IMG/VR virus record: IMGVR_UViG_3300047557_002741
Span: 1 to 64,000 of that record
DNA from: a virus
Lineage: Duplodnaviria > Caudoviricetes
Strand: one strand, 5' to 3'
Length of the DNA stretch: 64,000 nucleotides
The number at the start of each line of letters is the position of its first letter. The stretch's first letter is position 1. Positions 54,519 through 63,423 of the stretch are shown piece after piece. The position numbers and the translations under genes are program-made. Under the pieces are notes generated by a model, which had not been told where the DNA came from, searched no databases, and saw only the letters and a program-made list of their open reading frames with translations.

Positions 54519-55046
54519 TCAAACAAATTCTTCTTCAAGAATTGTAGATTTGACATAAGTATAGACATTTTCAGGTGTCGATACTTCATAAGGATCTGTG
54601 TCGGCATTGTCGCGCTGACCTGCCTCAATGAAAAGTTTCTCGATGATTCCATTATCCACGATTGCAGCATAACGCCAAGAGCGATCACCGAAACCAAGGT
54701 TAGACTTATTGACAAGCATTCCCATAGAACGTGTGAAGTAAGCATTGCCGTCTGGAATGAGTTTTACTTTTTCAATGTTCTGGTCTTGTGCCCAGGCATT
54801 CATCACAAACCCATCATTAACAGAGATGCAGTAAATATCGTCGATGCCAAGACTAATAAAGTCGTCGTATTTCTCTTCGAATCCAGGTAACTGATAGGCA
54901 CTGCAAGTAGGAGTGAAAGCACCAGGCAAACTAAATACGACCACACGCTTTCCATCGAACAGATCTGCAGTTGTACGAGTTACAAATTCACCTTTTTCAC
55001 GAAATACAAATTGTACTTGAGGAACTTGATACTGTTCTTTACGCAT
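54519..55046 (-). CDS. Peroxiredoxin (Prx5/type II)
   Basis: LPGAFTPTCS, SVND.FVM.AW, G.RSWRY; SD GGAGG before ATG 55046. Confidence 0.92.
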   Translation of the reverse strand: MRKEQYQVPQVQFVFREKGEFVTRTTADLFDGKRVVVFSLPGAFTPTCSAYQLPGFEEKYDDFISLGIDDIYCISVNDGFVMNAWAQDQNIEKVKLIPDGNAYFTRSMGMLVNKSNLGFGDRSWRYAAIVDNGIIEKLFIEAGQRDNADTDPYEVSTPENVYTYVKSTILEEEFV

Positions 55047-55057
55047 TTTAACCTCCA

Positions 55058-55177
55058 TCAAAATACACCAGGAATAATTTGTCCGGTAACAAGGTAAGAA
55101 CCGGTAGCAGCAATAAATCCAATCATTGCAGCCCAACCGTTAATACGTTCCGCTTTTTCAGTAAAAATTTTGTTCAT
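55058..55177 (-). CDS. hli: High-light-inducible protein
   Basis: Read manually: AERINGWAAMIG...TGQIIPGVF (39 aa). Confidence 0.92.
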   Translation of the reverse strand: MNKIFTEKAERINGWAAMIGFIAATGSYLVTGQIIPGVF

Positions 55178-55449
55178 TGTTTTTCTCCTTGATACAAATG
55201 TTTTTGTTTAAGTTCTGGATTTGGATTAGATGTCTGTTTTGGAGAACGACTTTTATTTTTAATAACAATAAAAGCATCGTTCTGATAAGTTACAGTTCCA
55301 AATGGTTTTGCCCATTTTGGATTTGCATCTGGATGTGTAGAAGTTCCTGTTACCGCCACACCTCCAATTTCAACCAACAGTTCATCATTACGATCCCAGT
55401 TAAGTTTTTGGAGGGCAACTCCAAGTTGCCCAAGCATATCAGCACTCAT
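55174..55449 (-). CDS. Conserved cyanophage hypothetical protein
   Basis: MLGQL..AL..L.W....L.V.IGG...N.KW..P.G. Confidence 0.65.
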   Translation of the reverse strand: MSADMLGQLGVALQKLNWDRNDELLVEIGGVAVTGTSTHPDANPKWAKPFGTVTYQNDAFIVIKNKSRSPKQTSNPNPELKQKHLYQGEKQ

Positions 55450-55535
55450 TAGTAAGTTTCGCAAACTTTCTCTACAGAATAACTCAAAAGAACTAGAAAT
55501 GCAACTGAAGTAGTAGTGAAAATTAGTTCAATCAT
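55449..55535 (-). CDS. 28-aa membrane peptide MIELIFTTTSVAFLVLLSYSVEKVCETY
   Basis: TGATG and TAATG coupling on both sides. Confidence 0.5.
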   Translation of the reverse strand: MIELIFTTTSVAFLVLLSYSVEKVCETY

Positions 55536-55744
55536 CAGATGATACCGAAGAAGAAGTTGCCAGTGATAGCATAAGAAACGATGCCAGCAACAAAGCCGAC
55601 CATTGCCCAGCGTCCATTCATTTTCTCCGCTTTCTCAGCATAGGGTTCGATACCATAACGCTCAAGATCTTCTTTTGTCATATACATTGAGGGTTCTTTA
55701 GCAAACATATTCATTTGACCACGCTCATTGGTTGTTACAGTCAT
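55535..55744 (-). CDS. hli: High-light-inducible protein
   Basis: N.FAKEP...AEKMNGRWAMVG. Confidence 0.92.
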   Translation of the reverse strand: MTVTTNERGQMNMFAKEPSMYMTKEDLERYGIEPYAEKAEKMNGRWAMVGFVAGIVSYAITGNFFFGII

Positions 55745-55789
55745 TCTCTTTTGTAAAGATTTACAACACAATTATATAGCAAATCTAAA

Positions 55790-55820
55790 GAAAAAACAAG
55801 GGGGGAAACCCACCCTTGTT
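55790..55820 (-). terminator. pstS terminator overlapping the hli promoter (TTGTTT-N17-TATAAT)
   Basis: AACAAGGG...CCCTTGTT followed by a T-run. Confidence 0.65.
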
Positions 55821-55856
55821 AGAAAATGCTGACTTTAGTAAGTATAAATGCCTACA

Positions 55857-56819
55857 TTATTTACCAATACGTCCAACGGCGAGACGTGCTTTGTTTAGGA
55901 TACTTCCAGAAAGAGGAACATATCCAAGATCATCAGCAATAGATTGTGCATTAGTGCTCAGAGCATAATTAATAGCGGCACGAATATCATCTGTTTTTGC
56001 ACCATTACCTTTCTTATATGCAAGAATCCAAGTCAGAGTAGAAATAGGATAAGCATTTACACCTGCAGGATTGGGATTTTCACCAGCAAGGTTAGAGTCC
56101 AAAGTAATACCATTTAGAGCAGCGGAACCAGTTGCAGCAGAAGGTCCAACGAACTTACCTGCCTTGTTTTGAAGTACAGCGGCTTGGAGCTTATTAGCAC
56201 GAACAAATCCAGTGTTCACATAACCAATCGCACCAGCAGTGTTCTTGATAGTTCCAGAAACACCTTCGTTACCTTTTGAACCAACACCAGTAGGCCATTT
56301 GACTGCCTTGCCGACACCAGGAGCCCAACCACCAAATGCATCTAGAGAGTTAGTGAATGCGAAAGTAGTTCCAGAACCATCAGAACGGTGAACCACAGTC
56401 ACGGGACCAGCAGCACAACCAAGTGCCTTCCAATCCTTAATACGTCCAGAGAAGACATCAACAGTCTGCTTCTGAGTCAGTTTCAGTTTACATCCAGGTT
56501 TATTGTAAGCAACAGCAATCGTTCCACCCACCATCGGAATTTGAACAACACCACGCTTTACCTTTACCGCTTCTGCGGGTTTGATTGGTTCGTCACTTGC
56601 GGCGAAATCAACCGTTCCCGCAATGAATTGGCGAACACCAGCACCAGAACCAACGGACTGATAATTAACCCTACTCCCAGAAGTTCGTGCATAATCTTGG
56701 AACCATCGTTGATAAATTGGTGCAGGGAAGGTAGCACCAGCACCATTCAAAGTAGATCCGGCAAGAGTAGCGGCAGGAGCAGCAACCAGACCAATAGCAA
56801 TAAAGTTTTTGAGTTTCAT
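55857..56819 (-). CDS. pstS: Phosphate-binding protein PstS
   Basis: GAGATFP, Y.SVGSGAG, DF.ASD, HRSDGSGTT, YPI; signal peptide from ATG 56819. Confidence 0.95.
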   Translation of the reverse strand: MKLKNFIAIGLVAAPAATLAGSTLNGAGATFPAPIYQRWFQDYARTSGSRVNYQSVGSGAGVRQFIAGTVDFAASDEPIKPAEAVKVKRGVVQIPMVGGTIAVAYNKPGCKLKLTQKQTVDVFSGRIKDWKALGCAAGPVTVVHRSDGSGTTFAFTNSLDAFGGWAPGVGKAVKWPTGVGSKGNEGVSGTIKNTAGAIGYVNTGFVRANKLQAAVLQNKAGKFVGPSAATGSAALNGITLDSNLAGENPNPAGVNAYPISTLTWILAYKKGNGAKTDDIRAAINYALSTNAQSIADDLGYVPLSGSILNKARLAVGRIGK

Positions 56820-56872
56820 AAAAAGTTTGTTTAGAAGTGAATTGACTTCGTAAGTAATGATACTAGAAGACA

Positions 56873-56913
56873 ATCTTAAAGTCCACTAAGGTTTGGTTAA
56901 GGTTTTGATTAAC
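56873..56913 (-). promoter_or_regulatory. Putative Pho box
   Basis: Direct repeats GTTAATCA, CTTAACCA, CTTAGTGG and TTTAAGAT at 10-12-nt spacing, resembling cyanobacterial PyTTAAPyPy repeats. Confidence 0.6.
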
Positions 56914-56917
56914 CAAT

Positions 56918-56945
56918 AAAAAACCACTCCAAAAAGGAGTGGTTT
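56918..56945 (-). terminator. Porin terminator
   Basis: AAACCACTCC-TTTTT-GGAGTGGTTT followed by a T-run. Confidence 0.8.
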
Positions 56946-56967
56946 CACTCAAGTTATGAGTAGTTTA

Positions 56968-58434
56968 TCAGAACTTGAAGGTAGTTTGAATTACACCACC
57001 AAAATTAGAGGAGTTATCAGCAAGACGCTGATTATCGCTAGCATAGAAGATAGCGGGAGTGATGCTGATGTTGTCAGATACTTGATACTTATAGAAGATT
57101 TCAAGCATCGTTGCCTTTTCAAGGTTCTCACCAGTAGGTGCTTGACCGATAGCAACACCAGCAGAGTTACCGCCAACAAACACGTCTTCCCACTGAAGAC
57201 CAGCAAACCAAGACTGACTATCGGTAGCAGCACTAGGAGTACCACTTACAGTGTTCCAACCATAACCTGCGGAGACAGAAGGAACAATACCAGACTTCTT
57301 AGGTTGCCAGTATGCGTTCAGAGCATAACCGTTAGAGGTTTGCCCAGGAACCAGAGTACCGGAAGCACCATCAAAACCGTTATAAGTACGAACACGGGTG
57401 CCTTCAGTACCATAACGATAACCAAATGCAGCACCCCAGTTAGTACCACGATAACCAATTTGTGCGAGAGTATTCAGAGCACCAGTCTCATCAAACTCAC
57501 CACGAGTGCTATCTTGACCTGCTTGTGCAACATAGTTTACACCAGCAACAATACCTTTTTTACCATACTGAACACCAAAACCAGCACCAGTTGCCTTGTT
57601 ATAAACACCAGGAGTACCAGCAACAGCAAAGAAGTCAAGAATACCAGACTTATATGCAGAAGGCATCCAGGCAATCTCAGTGTTACGAACTGCTGCACCA
57701 GCAGTCAAAGTAGTGCTTCCGTTGAACACAGGGAATGAATAGTACAGACGATCAATAACTACATTGTTGCCAACTTCACTGGAAGTGTTGTCTGCTTTAT
57801 CCAGTTTGAACAGAGAAGAACTGGAACCAAAAGGATCACTGCTGAAGTTAGCAGAACGCAAACGGGTCTTGAGTAGATCCTTACCAGTGAACGAAGTATC
57901 CAGGTTCAAACGCAGATCGTAGTTAAATGCAGCGTGAGTTACATCACCACCTTTGGTATCATAACCAGGAACACCACCAAGAACGAAGTTTGCTTCACCA
58001 CGGAGTTTGGTAGTGGTAGAGAACTGGGTTGCTTCCAGTTGACCAACCTGAGTTTCCAGTTTAGAAACAGAACCTTGAATTACAGTCAGTTCATTGCGGA
58101 ACTCATCAGCAAGACGCTTGAGTTCATCAGTGTTTTCAGTTACACGATCCAGGCAAGCATTTAGAAGTGCTGCTGCTTCAAAGCGAGTCATTGCTTTACC
58201 GCCACCATAGGTGCCGTTGGGATAACCAGCAACGCAACCATAACGCTCTACAAGGTTGCTGAGTGCCTGATAAGCCCAATCGGTGGGTTGAACATCAGAC
58301 AGTTGTGAGACGCTTGTAACCTGCTCAGAAGAGTATTGGTTGACTGCTGCCATATTGAGGTCTGCAGCATTTGCAGCAACAGGAGCAACCATTCCCAGAG
58401 CAACAGGTGCAAGCATCAGTTGTTTGAGTTTCAT
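56968..58434 (-). CDS. Cyanobacterial-type porin (SLH domain plus OprB-like barrel, Som-like)
   Basis: SDVQPTDWAYQAL..LVERYGC..GYP...TRFEAAA; QFSTTTKL.GE; terminal TTFKF. Confidence 0.92.
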   Translation of the reverse strand: MKLKQLMLAPVALGMVAPVAANAADLNMAAVNQYSSEQVTSVSQLSDVQPTDWAYQALSNLVERYGCVAGYPNGTYGGGKAMTRFEAAALLNACLDRVTENTDELKRLADEFRNELTVIQGSVSKLETQVGQLEATQFSTTTKLRGEANFVLGGVPGYDTKGGDVTHAAFNYDLRLNLDTSFTGKDLLKTRLRSANFSSDPFGSSSSLFKLDKADNTSSEVGNNVVIDRLYYSFPVFNGSTTLTAGAAVRNTEIAWMPSAYKSGILDFFAVAGTPGVYNKATGAGFGVQYGKKGIVAGVNYVAQAGQDSTRGEFDETGALNTLAQIGYRGTNWGAAFGYRYGTEGTRVRTYNGFDGASGTLVPGQTSNGYALNAYWQPKKSGIVPSVSAGYGWNTVSGTPSAATDSQSWFAGLQWEDVFVGGNSAGVAIGQAPTGENLEKATMLEIFYKYQVSDNISITPAIFYASDNQRLADNSSNFGGVIQTTFKF

Positions 58435-58503
58435 AAAAATTTGTTTTTGTTCTATAGGACATTATGTAACTTTGCAAGTAATTGCGGCATTGTCACATCA
58501 CGG

Positions 58504-58537
58504 TATTTATCTTAACACTTTCTCTGGGATCAGTCAA
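58504..58537 (-). promoter_or_regulatory. Porin promoter: sigma70 element with overlapping late-like GATAAATA
   Basis: TTGACT-N17-TAAGAT-AAATA. Confidence 0.65.
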
Positions 58538-59331
58538 GTGCTTTGTTGAACAGAGGAATTCTCAATCACTCTACCAAGATATGGATCATAATTCATAAGA
58601 GTTTCGATAGTCAAATCGGAACCTCTTTGGCTCCAAAAATCTAAAAGACCATTATAATTTCCCCTATGAAAGGTCTCAATATGTTCTGGATGTATAGTAG
58701 ATCCAAGTTCTATTTTATAGAAAAGCAAAGGAATACTATAAGTATTAGCAGAATTATAAATCAAGTCATCGGCAACGGGTCTAGGTTTAACCCCATTGTC
58801 TAACTTATACTTATCGCCCTTCGTATGAAATCTTAAAAGTTTTTCAGCATGATGCCTGGTTATCATATAACAGGCAGTTGAAAAGTCATTTACGAATCTT
58901 TTATGAAGGATTACGTGAAGGTCTCCCGTACAAATAATAGCAATCTGAACGACATCCCAATCATAAGGAATGCGGCAGTAAAAATCATCCCAAGTAAAAT
59001 TCCAATATTTAACTAGGTCAAGATTACAATCATCCTCCATAATAATCGCATAAGGAGAATCCGAAGTTTCATACCAATGTTTAATTGCTTTAAGGTGAGA
59101 AGTAACGCAACCAATTTCACCTGAGCTCATTGTCTCAGGATATCTTCCTCGAATAATATCACTTAGATCATCATCTCTACCATCATAAGCAGAAATACGA
59201 GTATAATTTTCAATTTGCCAATAATCAAATTGCTGCTCCATATATTCCCTTCTTTCTGGTTGACTATCCAGATTGAGATAATATATGGGACCGATATTTC
59301 GTAACTTATACGCTGATTTGTTTTTATCCAT
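58534..59331 (-). CDS. Glycosyltransferase family 25-like
   Basis: YYLNLD..ERR...R.SA.DG...GEIGC..SH...I.EDD; start uncertain. Confidence 0.8.
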   Translation of the reverse strand: MDKNKSAYKLRNIGPIYYLNLDSQPERREYMEQQFDYWQIENYTRISAYDGRDDDLSDIIRGRYPETMSSGEIGCVTSHLKAIKHWYETSDSPYAIIMEDDCNLDLVKYWNFTWDDFYCRIPYDWDVVQIAIICTGDLHVILHKRFVNDFSTACYMITRHHAEKLLRFHTKGDKYKLDNGVKPRPVADDLIYNSANTYSIPLLFYKIELGSTIHPEHIETFHRGNYNGLLDFWSQRGSDLTIETLMNYDPYLGRVIENSSVQQST

Positions 59332-59335
59332 TTGA

Positions 59336-59692
59336 TTAATCGCCATTGAGAATTCTAATACTATCACTATCAAAGTGTTCTGTCGAAAATTCAAATAATT
59401 CAGTATCTTCTAAGGCATACATTCTATGCCTTAGTCCAATTGGTATATGAAATTTTTCTCCTCTACTAAGAACTTTTTTTTCTGCTAGTTCAATATTATC
59501 ACCAAAACTATGATATAGTATTATTTTACCAGATTGAACAAAAAATGTCTCGTCTTTTAGAGCATGATAATGCCACGAACATTTTTTACCCTTCACAAGA
59601 TAAAGAAGTTTACCGCAGTATTTTTCAGAGTTTACAATCCATTTCTCAAATCCCCATCCTTTAGGGACAAATTTAATTTCAGAAGAAGTCAT
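59336..59692 (-). CDS. Cupin sugar-isomerase-like protein
   Basis: KGWG.E...CS.HYH..K.ETF...IP....H. Confidence 0.75.
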   Translation of the reverse strand: MTSSEIKFVPKGWGFEKWIVNSEKYCGKLLYLVKGKKCSWHYHALKDETFFVQSGKIILYHSFGDNIELAEKKVLSRGEKFHIPIGLRHRMYALEDTELFEFSTEHFDSDSIRILNGD

Positions 59693-59993
59693 TTGAATTC
59701 ATACCTTTATCGTCAATGTAATAATCCCCAGAGGGTTTTCCAAGATGAAGTTCGTGAAATTTACATCCCCAAGATTTTAACTGAGAATAAGTAAGATCAT
59801 AAAAATTCTCATAGGAAAGAATTCTTGAATCTTTAAATCTACCCATACCTCTCGCGGTTGAGTAAGTTATATGGTTTCCTTCATCATATAACTTATTTAT
59901 TTTTTCAATTCTAGATTGAATTGGGATGGCAAGTTCATAATTACCATTGGTAATGGTACATATTGTCCCATCAATATCAATTACGTACTTCAT
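59679..59993 (-). CDS. HAD-family (capsule-biosynthesis-type) phosphatase
   Basis: DIDGT...TARG...GKP..D.YIDDK. Confidence 0.8.
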   Translation of the reverse strand: MKYVIDIDGTICTITNGNYELAIPIQSRIEKINKLYDEGNHITYSTARGMGRFKDSRILSYENFYDLTYSQLKSWGCKFHELHLGKPSGDYYIDDKGMNSNDFF

Positions 59994-60738
59994 TTATATC
60001 ACCTTCAGTAAGAACATAAGAACCCAAATGCTGAACCGATTTAGTAGCTAAATTTATACACTTCGGTATCGACACATAAAAATCTCTAGTAGTTAGATAA
60101 AAATAACAAAGAGATGCCAAGAAAATATCCCCAGCACCCGTTACGTCATATACATCCACATGAGGTGCCTCAAATCTAACACCATCATAAGTTGCTCCAG
60201 ACTTTCCATGAGTAACAATTAGTTTGTTAGAATCTGATATTTTTGCTTGCTCTGCTTCATATTGATTTATCTTTATAATGGCATTTGGAAAGATACTCAA
60301 ATCCTTTCTCTTACTATCAACAAAAATAGGTCCAGAAAAATTTTCACAAAGTTTCTTTATTGAAACTGGATCTATGAGACCCTTATCATAGTCGGATATA
60401 ACAATGGCATCATAATCTAGAAAAGAATCAACTGGTTTACATTCAACGTGAGTTCCTACATCATGTCTCATAATTTGAGTCATGGACTTCAAATCAATGA
60501 ATCTTCTTTTAATAAGTTTTTCTGGATCATTCGTATGGAAGTCACAATCAAGTCCAAAAGATAAAAGATTCAAATATACATTATGTGCCATCCCTATAAA
60601 TTTTTTTGTTTCTTTATAGAGATGAACTGGAACAGGGGCTTCTGGACTTAATCTATCACATGTACCATAGACATATTCATCTACGCAACTATCCCCTATC
60701 AATAATACCCTGAATGATTTTTGTGGTTGAGTATTCAT
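59977..60738 (-). CDS. Heptose-7-phosphate kinase-like (HldE/RfaE domain I, PfkB fold)
   Basis: IGD..D.Y..G...R.SPEAPVPV, SDYDKG, DVTGAGD. Confidence 0.85.
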   Translation of the reverse strand: MNTQPQKSFRVLLIGDSCVDEYVYGTCDRLSPEAPVPVHLYKETKKFIGMAHNVYLNLLSFGLDCDFHTNDPEKLIKRRFIDLKSMTQIMRHDVGTHVECKPVDSFLDYDAIVISDYDKGLIDPVSIKKLCENFSGPIFVDSKRKDLSIFPNAIIKINQYEAEQAKISDSNKLIVTHGKSGATYDGVRFEAPHVDVYDVTGAGDIFLASLCYFYLTTRDFYVSIPKCINLATKSVQHLGSYVLTEGDINEVRN

Positions 60739-61090
60739 CTATCCTATCAAAAAATAAAAGTTTAGCTGCGTAGTATGAACCAATTACAGATTTATCTTTC
60801 CAGTCAGAACCAACGACCATTATATCAGGTTTTACAGATTTTACCAAATCTTCTAATTCTTTATCAGTACTAAAGAATCTAACCTCATCAACTGATTTTA
60901 AATTGATTAACATAAATGCTCTATCTGCAGCATTATTGATTGGTCTAGATTGCCCCTTCTTTTCCTTTACCCGATAATCCGTATCTATACCAACAACAAC
61001 ATAATCACCCAAAGACTTAGCGTATCTTAAAAGTTCAAGATGTCCTCTATGGAGGACATCAAACGTACCATTAACAAAAACTGTTGTCAT
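60689..61090 (-). CDS. Heptose-1-phosphate nucleotidyltransferase-like (HldE/RfaE domain II)
   Basis: NGTFDVLHRGH, K.KG..RP, STT.II. Confidence 0.82.
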   Translation of the reverse strand: MTTVFVNGTFDVLHRGHLELLRYAKSLGDYVVVGIDTDYRVKEKKGQSRPINNAADRAFMLINLKSVDEVRFFSTDKELEDLVKSVKPDIMVVGSDWKDKSVIGSYYAAKLLFFDRIDEYSTTKIIQGIIDRG

Positions 61091-62064
61091 TGAATTTTGT
61101 TGTACCAGTACATGAGAAGATCTTCTAAAGTCGTATCAATATCATATTCTTCTTTAAACCCAGTCATTTCAACTAAGTTTGTAGCATCACCATGTTGATA
61201 ATAAATTTCATGAGGTCTCCAAAAAGGTTCATGAATTTTTTGTTCTACATTTTTTAAACCAGAAATTTCAATCAGTTTATCAGTAAAGAACTGCATTTTG
61301 CGAGGAGTATCCCCACAGATATTAAAAACATGATTTACTACATCTTTATTAATCATTGCGAGATAATATGCTCGAACAGTATCACGAACATCCATTACTA
61401 CACGAGTAGTCTCAAGATTACCAACTTTAAGAACAGGTTCTTGAAGACCTTTCATCATTCTGGCAATTTGATAAGCATCAGATGAGATTGAGAATATTCT
61501 TCCCCTACGGGGTCCAGTATGAGAGAATGCGCGAGTGATGAATCCTTTTAGGAATCCATTATGCATTCTTTCCTGAAGATAAAGGTCTGTAGCGGCCTTT
61601 GAAGCACCATAGGGATTTGCTGGAAAAATTGTATCTTCCCAATGAATCTTTCTTCCATCCTGTCCAACATTTCCGTAAACTTCTGATGTAGAACAGAACA
61701 TCAATTTACATTCTAGTTGATGGTCCTGAATTACCTGAATGAGATTCGCACTACCAATTACATTAGTTTCCATTGTCCCAATAGGGTCAATGAAACTTGT
61801 TGGAGGATGTGATTGTGCGGCAAGATGAAATACTCCATCAAACTGATTTTCTTCAAAAACTTTCCGCATGGATCTATAGTTACAAAGATCTCCATAAAGA
61901 AAAGTTATTGAATTATAAACTTCATCTCTCACAACATCACGAATATCACTCTCCATACCATTAGTACGGCGAATTAATCCATAAATTTGATGCCCATTTT
62001 CATAAAGAAGATTTGCCAGATGAGGTCCAGCAAATCCAGTAATTCCTGTAATTAAAAATTTCAT
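61087..62064 (-). CDS. GDP-mannose 4,6-dehydratase/reductase-family SDR
   Basis: ITGITGF.G..L, HLAAQSH, STSEVYG, PYGASK, GNL...R. Confidence 0.85.
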   Translation of the reverse strand: MKFLITGITGFAGPHLANLLYENGHQIYGLIRRTNGMESDIRDVVRDEVYNSITFLYGDLCNYRSMRKVFEENQFDGVFHLAAQSHPPTSFIDPIGTMETNVIGSANLIQVIQDHQLECKLMFCSTSEVYGNVGQDGRKIHWEDTIFPANPYGASKAATDLYLQERMHNGFLKGFITRAFSHTGPRRGRIFSISSDAYQIARMMKGLQEPVLKVGNLETTRVVMDVRDTVRAYYLAMINKDVVNHVFNICGDTPRKMQFFTDKLIEISGLKNVEQKIHEPFWRPHEIYYQHGDATNLVEMTGFKEEYDIDTTLEDLLMYWYNKIQ

Positions 62065-62065
62065 A

Positions 62066-62803
62066 TTAGTAAGTTAGATAATCAATGTTATCAAAAAGAA
62101 AAAGTCCACGCTCTTTGTGGGTATTATACCATTTTTCTGGCATAATACAAATACTCTTAAGATTTGGAGAGTATTGTTTAAGAGCAGAACTCAGATGACT
62201 AGCGCCACTACTTAGAGCAACTAAACCATATGCGGAAGAAATTAAATCACAATATCTGAATATATTCTCAACCTCAATGTATCCATCAAATCCAACATCA
62301 TACGTATTATGTTTTCCATCAGAAACTTGCTTCGTGAAATACACGGAGACAAATTTTCTATCTGGGTATTCATTTTTTAGATTTTCAAAAATACTTTTAA
62401 GTTGATTTTTATCATAATCAATACTAATACAACTAAAATCAACAATAAAAATATCTTTTACATCATCATGTTTTTCTGGTTCATAATAAATCTTGGGGCG
62501 AGTATTAGTCGGATTTAGTCCATGAAACTTTTCCCAATTCAGAATTGTGTTTCCCATAATGTTTGAGTATGGAATTTCTGGAATATCGCCAGCATTCCAA
62601 GGGCCCTCTTTTTTACCTTCAACATATGGATTTTTTCCCCAAACCAATTCATAAATTTCTGAATTTCTGAATGGGGCACTCTCTAAGATATAAGTCTTTT
62701 TCCCATGTTGTTTTGCGAACTCTTCTGGTAAAGTTGAAAACTGCAGACTATCCCCAAGTCCACCATGATATGCTTTTAAAAAAATGTCAGTCATAATACC
62801 CAA
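62066..62803 (-). CDS. Putative glycosyltransferase
   Basis: GGLGD.L...NPYV...SG.SHL, a GT-B-like pattern. Confidence 0.55.
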   Translation of the reverse strand: MGIMTDIFLKAYHGGLGDSLQFSTLPEEFAKQHGKKTYILESAPFRNSEIYELVWGKNPYVEGKKEGPWNAGDIPEIPYSNIMGNTILNWEKFHGLNPTNTRPKIYYEPEKHDDVKDIFIVDFSCISIDYDKNQLKSIFENLKNEYPDRKFVSVYFTKQVSDGKHNTYDVGFDGYIEVENIFRYCDLISSAYGLVALSSGASHLSSALKQYSPNLKSICIMPEKWYNTHKERGLFLFDNIDYLTY

Positions 62804-63423
62804 ACTATTTGATAACCTTCGTAAATGAGAGTTGCTCCAATGTCATCCATAAAGTCTTTTACATAATTACCCTTACCAATTTTACATCCAGTAAAAAAGG
62901 CATCGTGGTCATCAACCGCAACTATTGAGCCACTCTTCAACTTATCTATTGCTGCACAAAGTTCTTTTACATGATGCAATTGAGATGGGTGTGGATTATC
63001 TCTCTCAATATCATACGAATCTAGATAAAGAAAATCTATTTTCTTACTCTTAGGTAAACTCCATAGAAATTTAACAGAATCAGAACAAACAACTTCTGTT
63101 TTTTCGGAAACTAAGGTTGAACAGTAATCAACATTGGATTGATTTATATCAACGGAATATACCTTCCCATCATAGTGATTTACAAACTGGTCAAAGATAT
63201 ATGTTGATGCCCCATCATCACCAAAAGCAAGGTGGCCATGATCCGCTCTAGTAGTTCCAGTCTCGACAATATAAAAATTTTTATTCTTCTTTTGTTCTAG
63301 AAGTTGAAATATCTTCAAAAAACTATCAGCACGATTTCTTACTGGATTATTTCCAGCAGGAGAAATCATCCTTTGATAGAATTCATTTTTAAAAACTTCA
63401 GAAAAACTTACATCATTATTCAT
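62791..63423 (-). CDS. Class I SAM-dependent methyltransferase (Methyltransf_24-like)
   Basis: IVETG...SVDI...DS..FL...D.LYLDS...DD. Confidence 0.75.
   Translation of the reverse strand: MNNDVSFSEVFKNEFYQRMISPAGNNPVRNRADSFLKIFQLLEQKKNKNFYIVETGTTRADHGHLAFGDDGASTYIFDQFVNHYDGKVYSVDINQSNVDYCSTLVSEKTEVVCSDSVKFLWSLPKSKKIDFLYLDSYDIERDNPHPSQLHHVKELCAAIDKLKSGSIVAVDDHDAFFTGCKIGKGNYVKDFMDDIGATLIYEGYQIVWVL

Noticed and set aside
55752-55765. Palindrome TGTAAAGATTTACA upstream of hli as an NtcA site
   Set aside because: Spacing is GTA-N6-TAC, not N8; it may bind another regulator but cannot be assigned
56388-58164. Plus-strand ORFs antisense to pstS and the porin (up to 260 aa)
   Set aside because: Shadow frames of strongly biased coding sequence with no recognisable motifs
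58325-58462. Cys-rich 45-aa ORF (MSYRTKTNFYETQTTDACTCCSGNGCSCCCKCCRPQ...) overlapping the porin start, metallothionein-like
   Set aside because: The Cys codons arise from the shifted frame of the Ala/Val-rich signal peptide, the same effect occurs in pstS, and there is no SD; ribosome profiling would be needed to revive it
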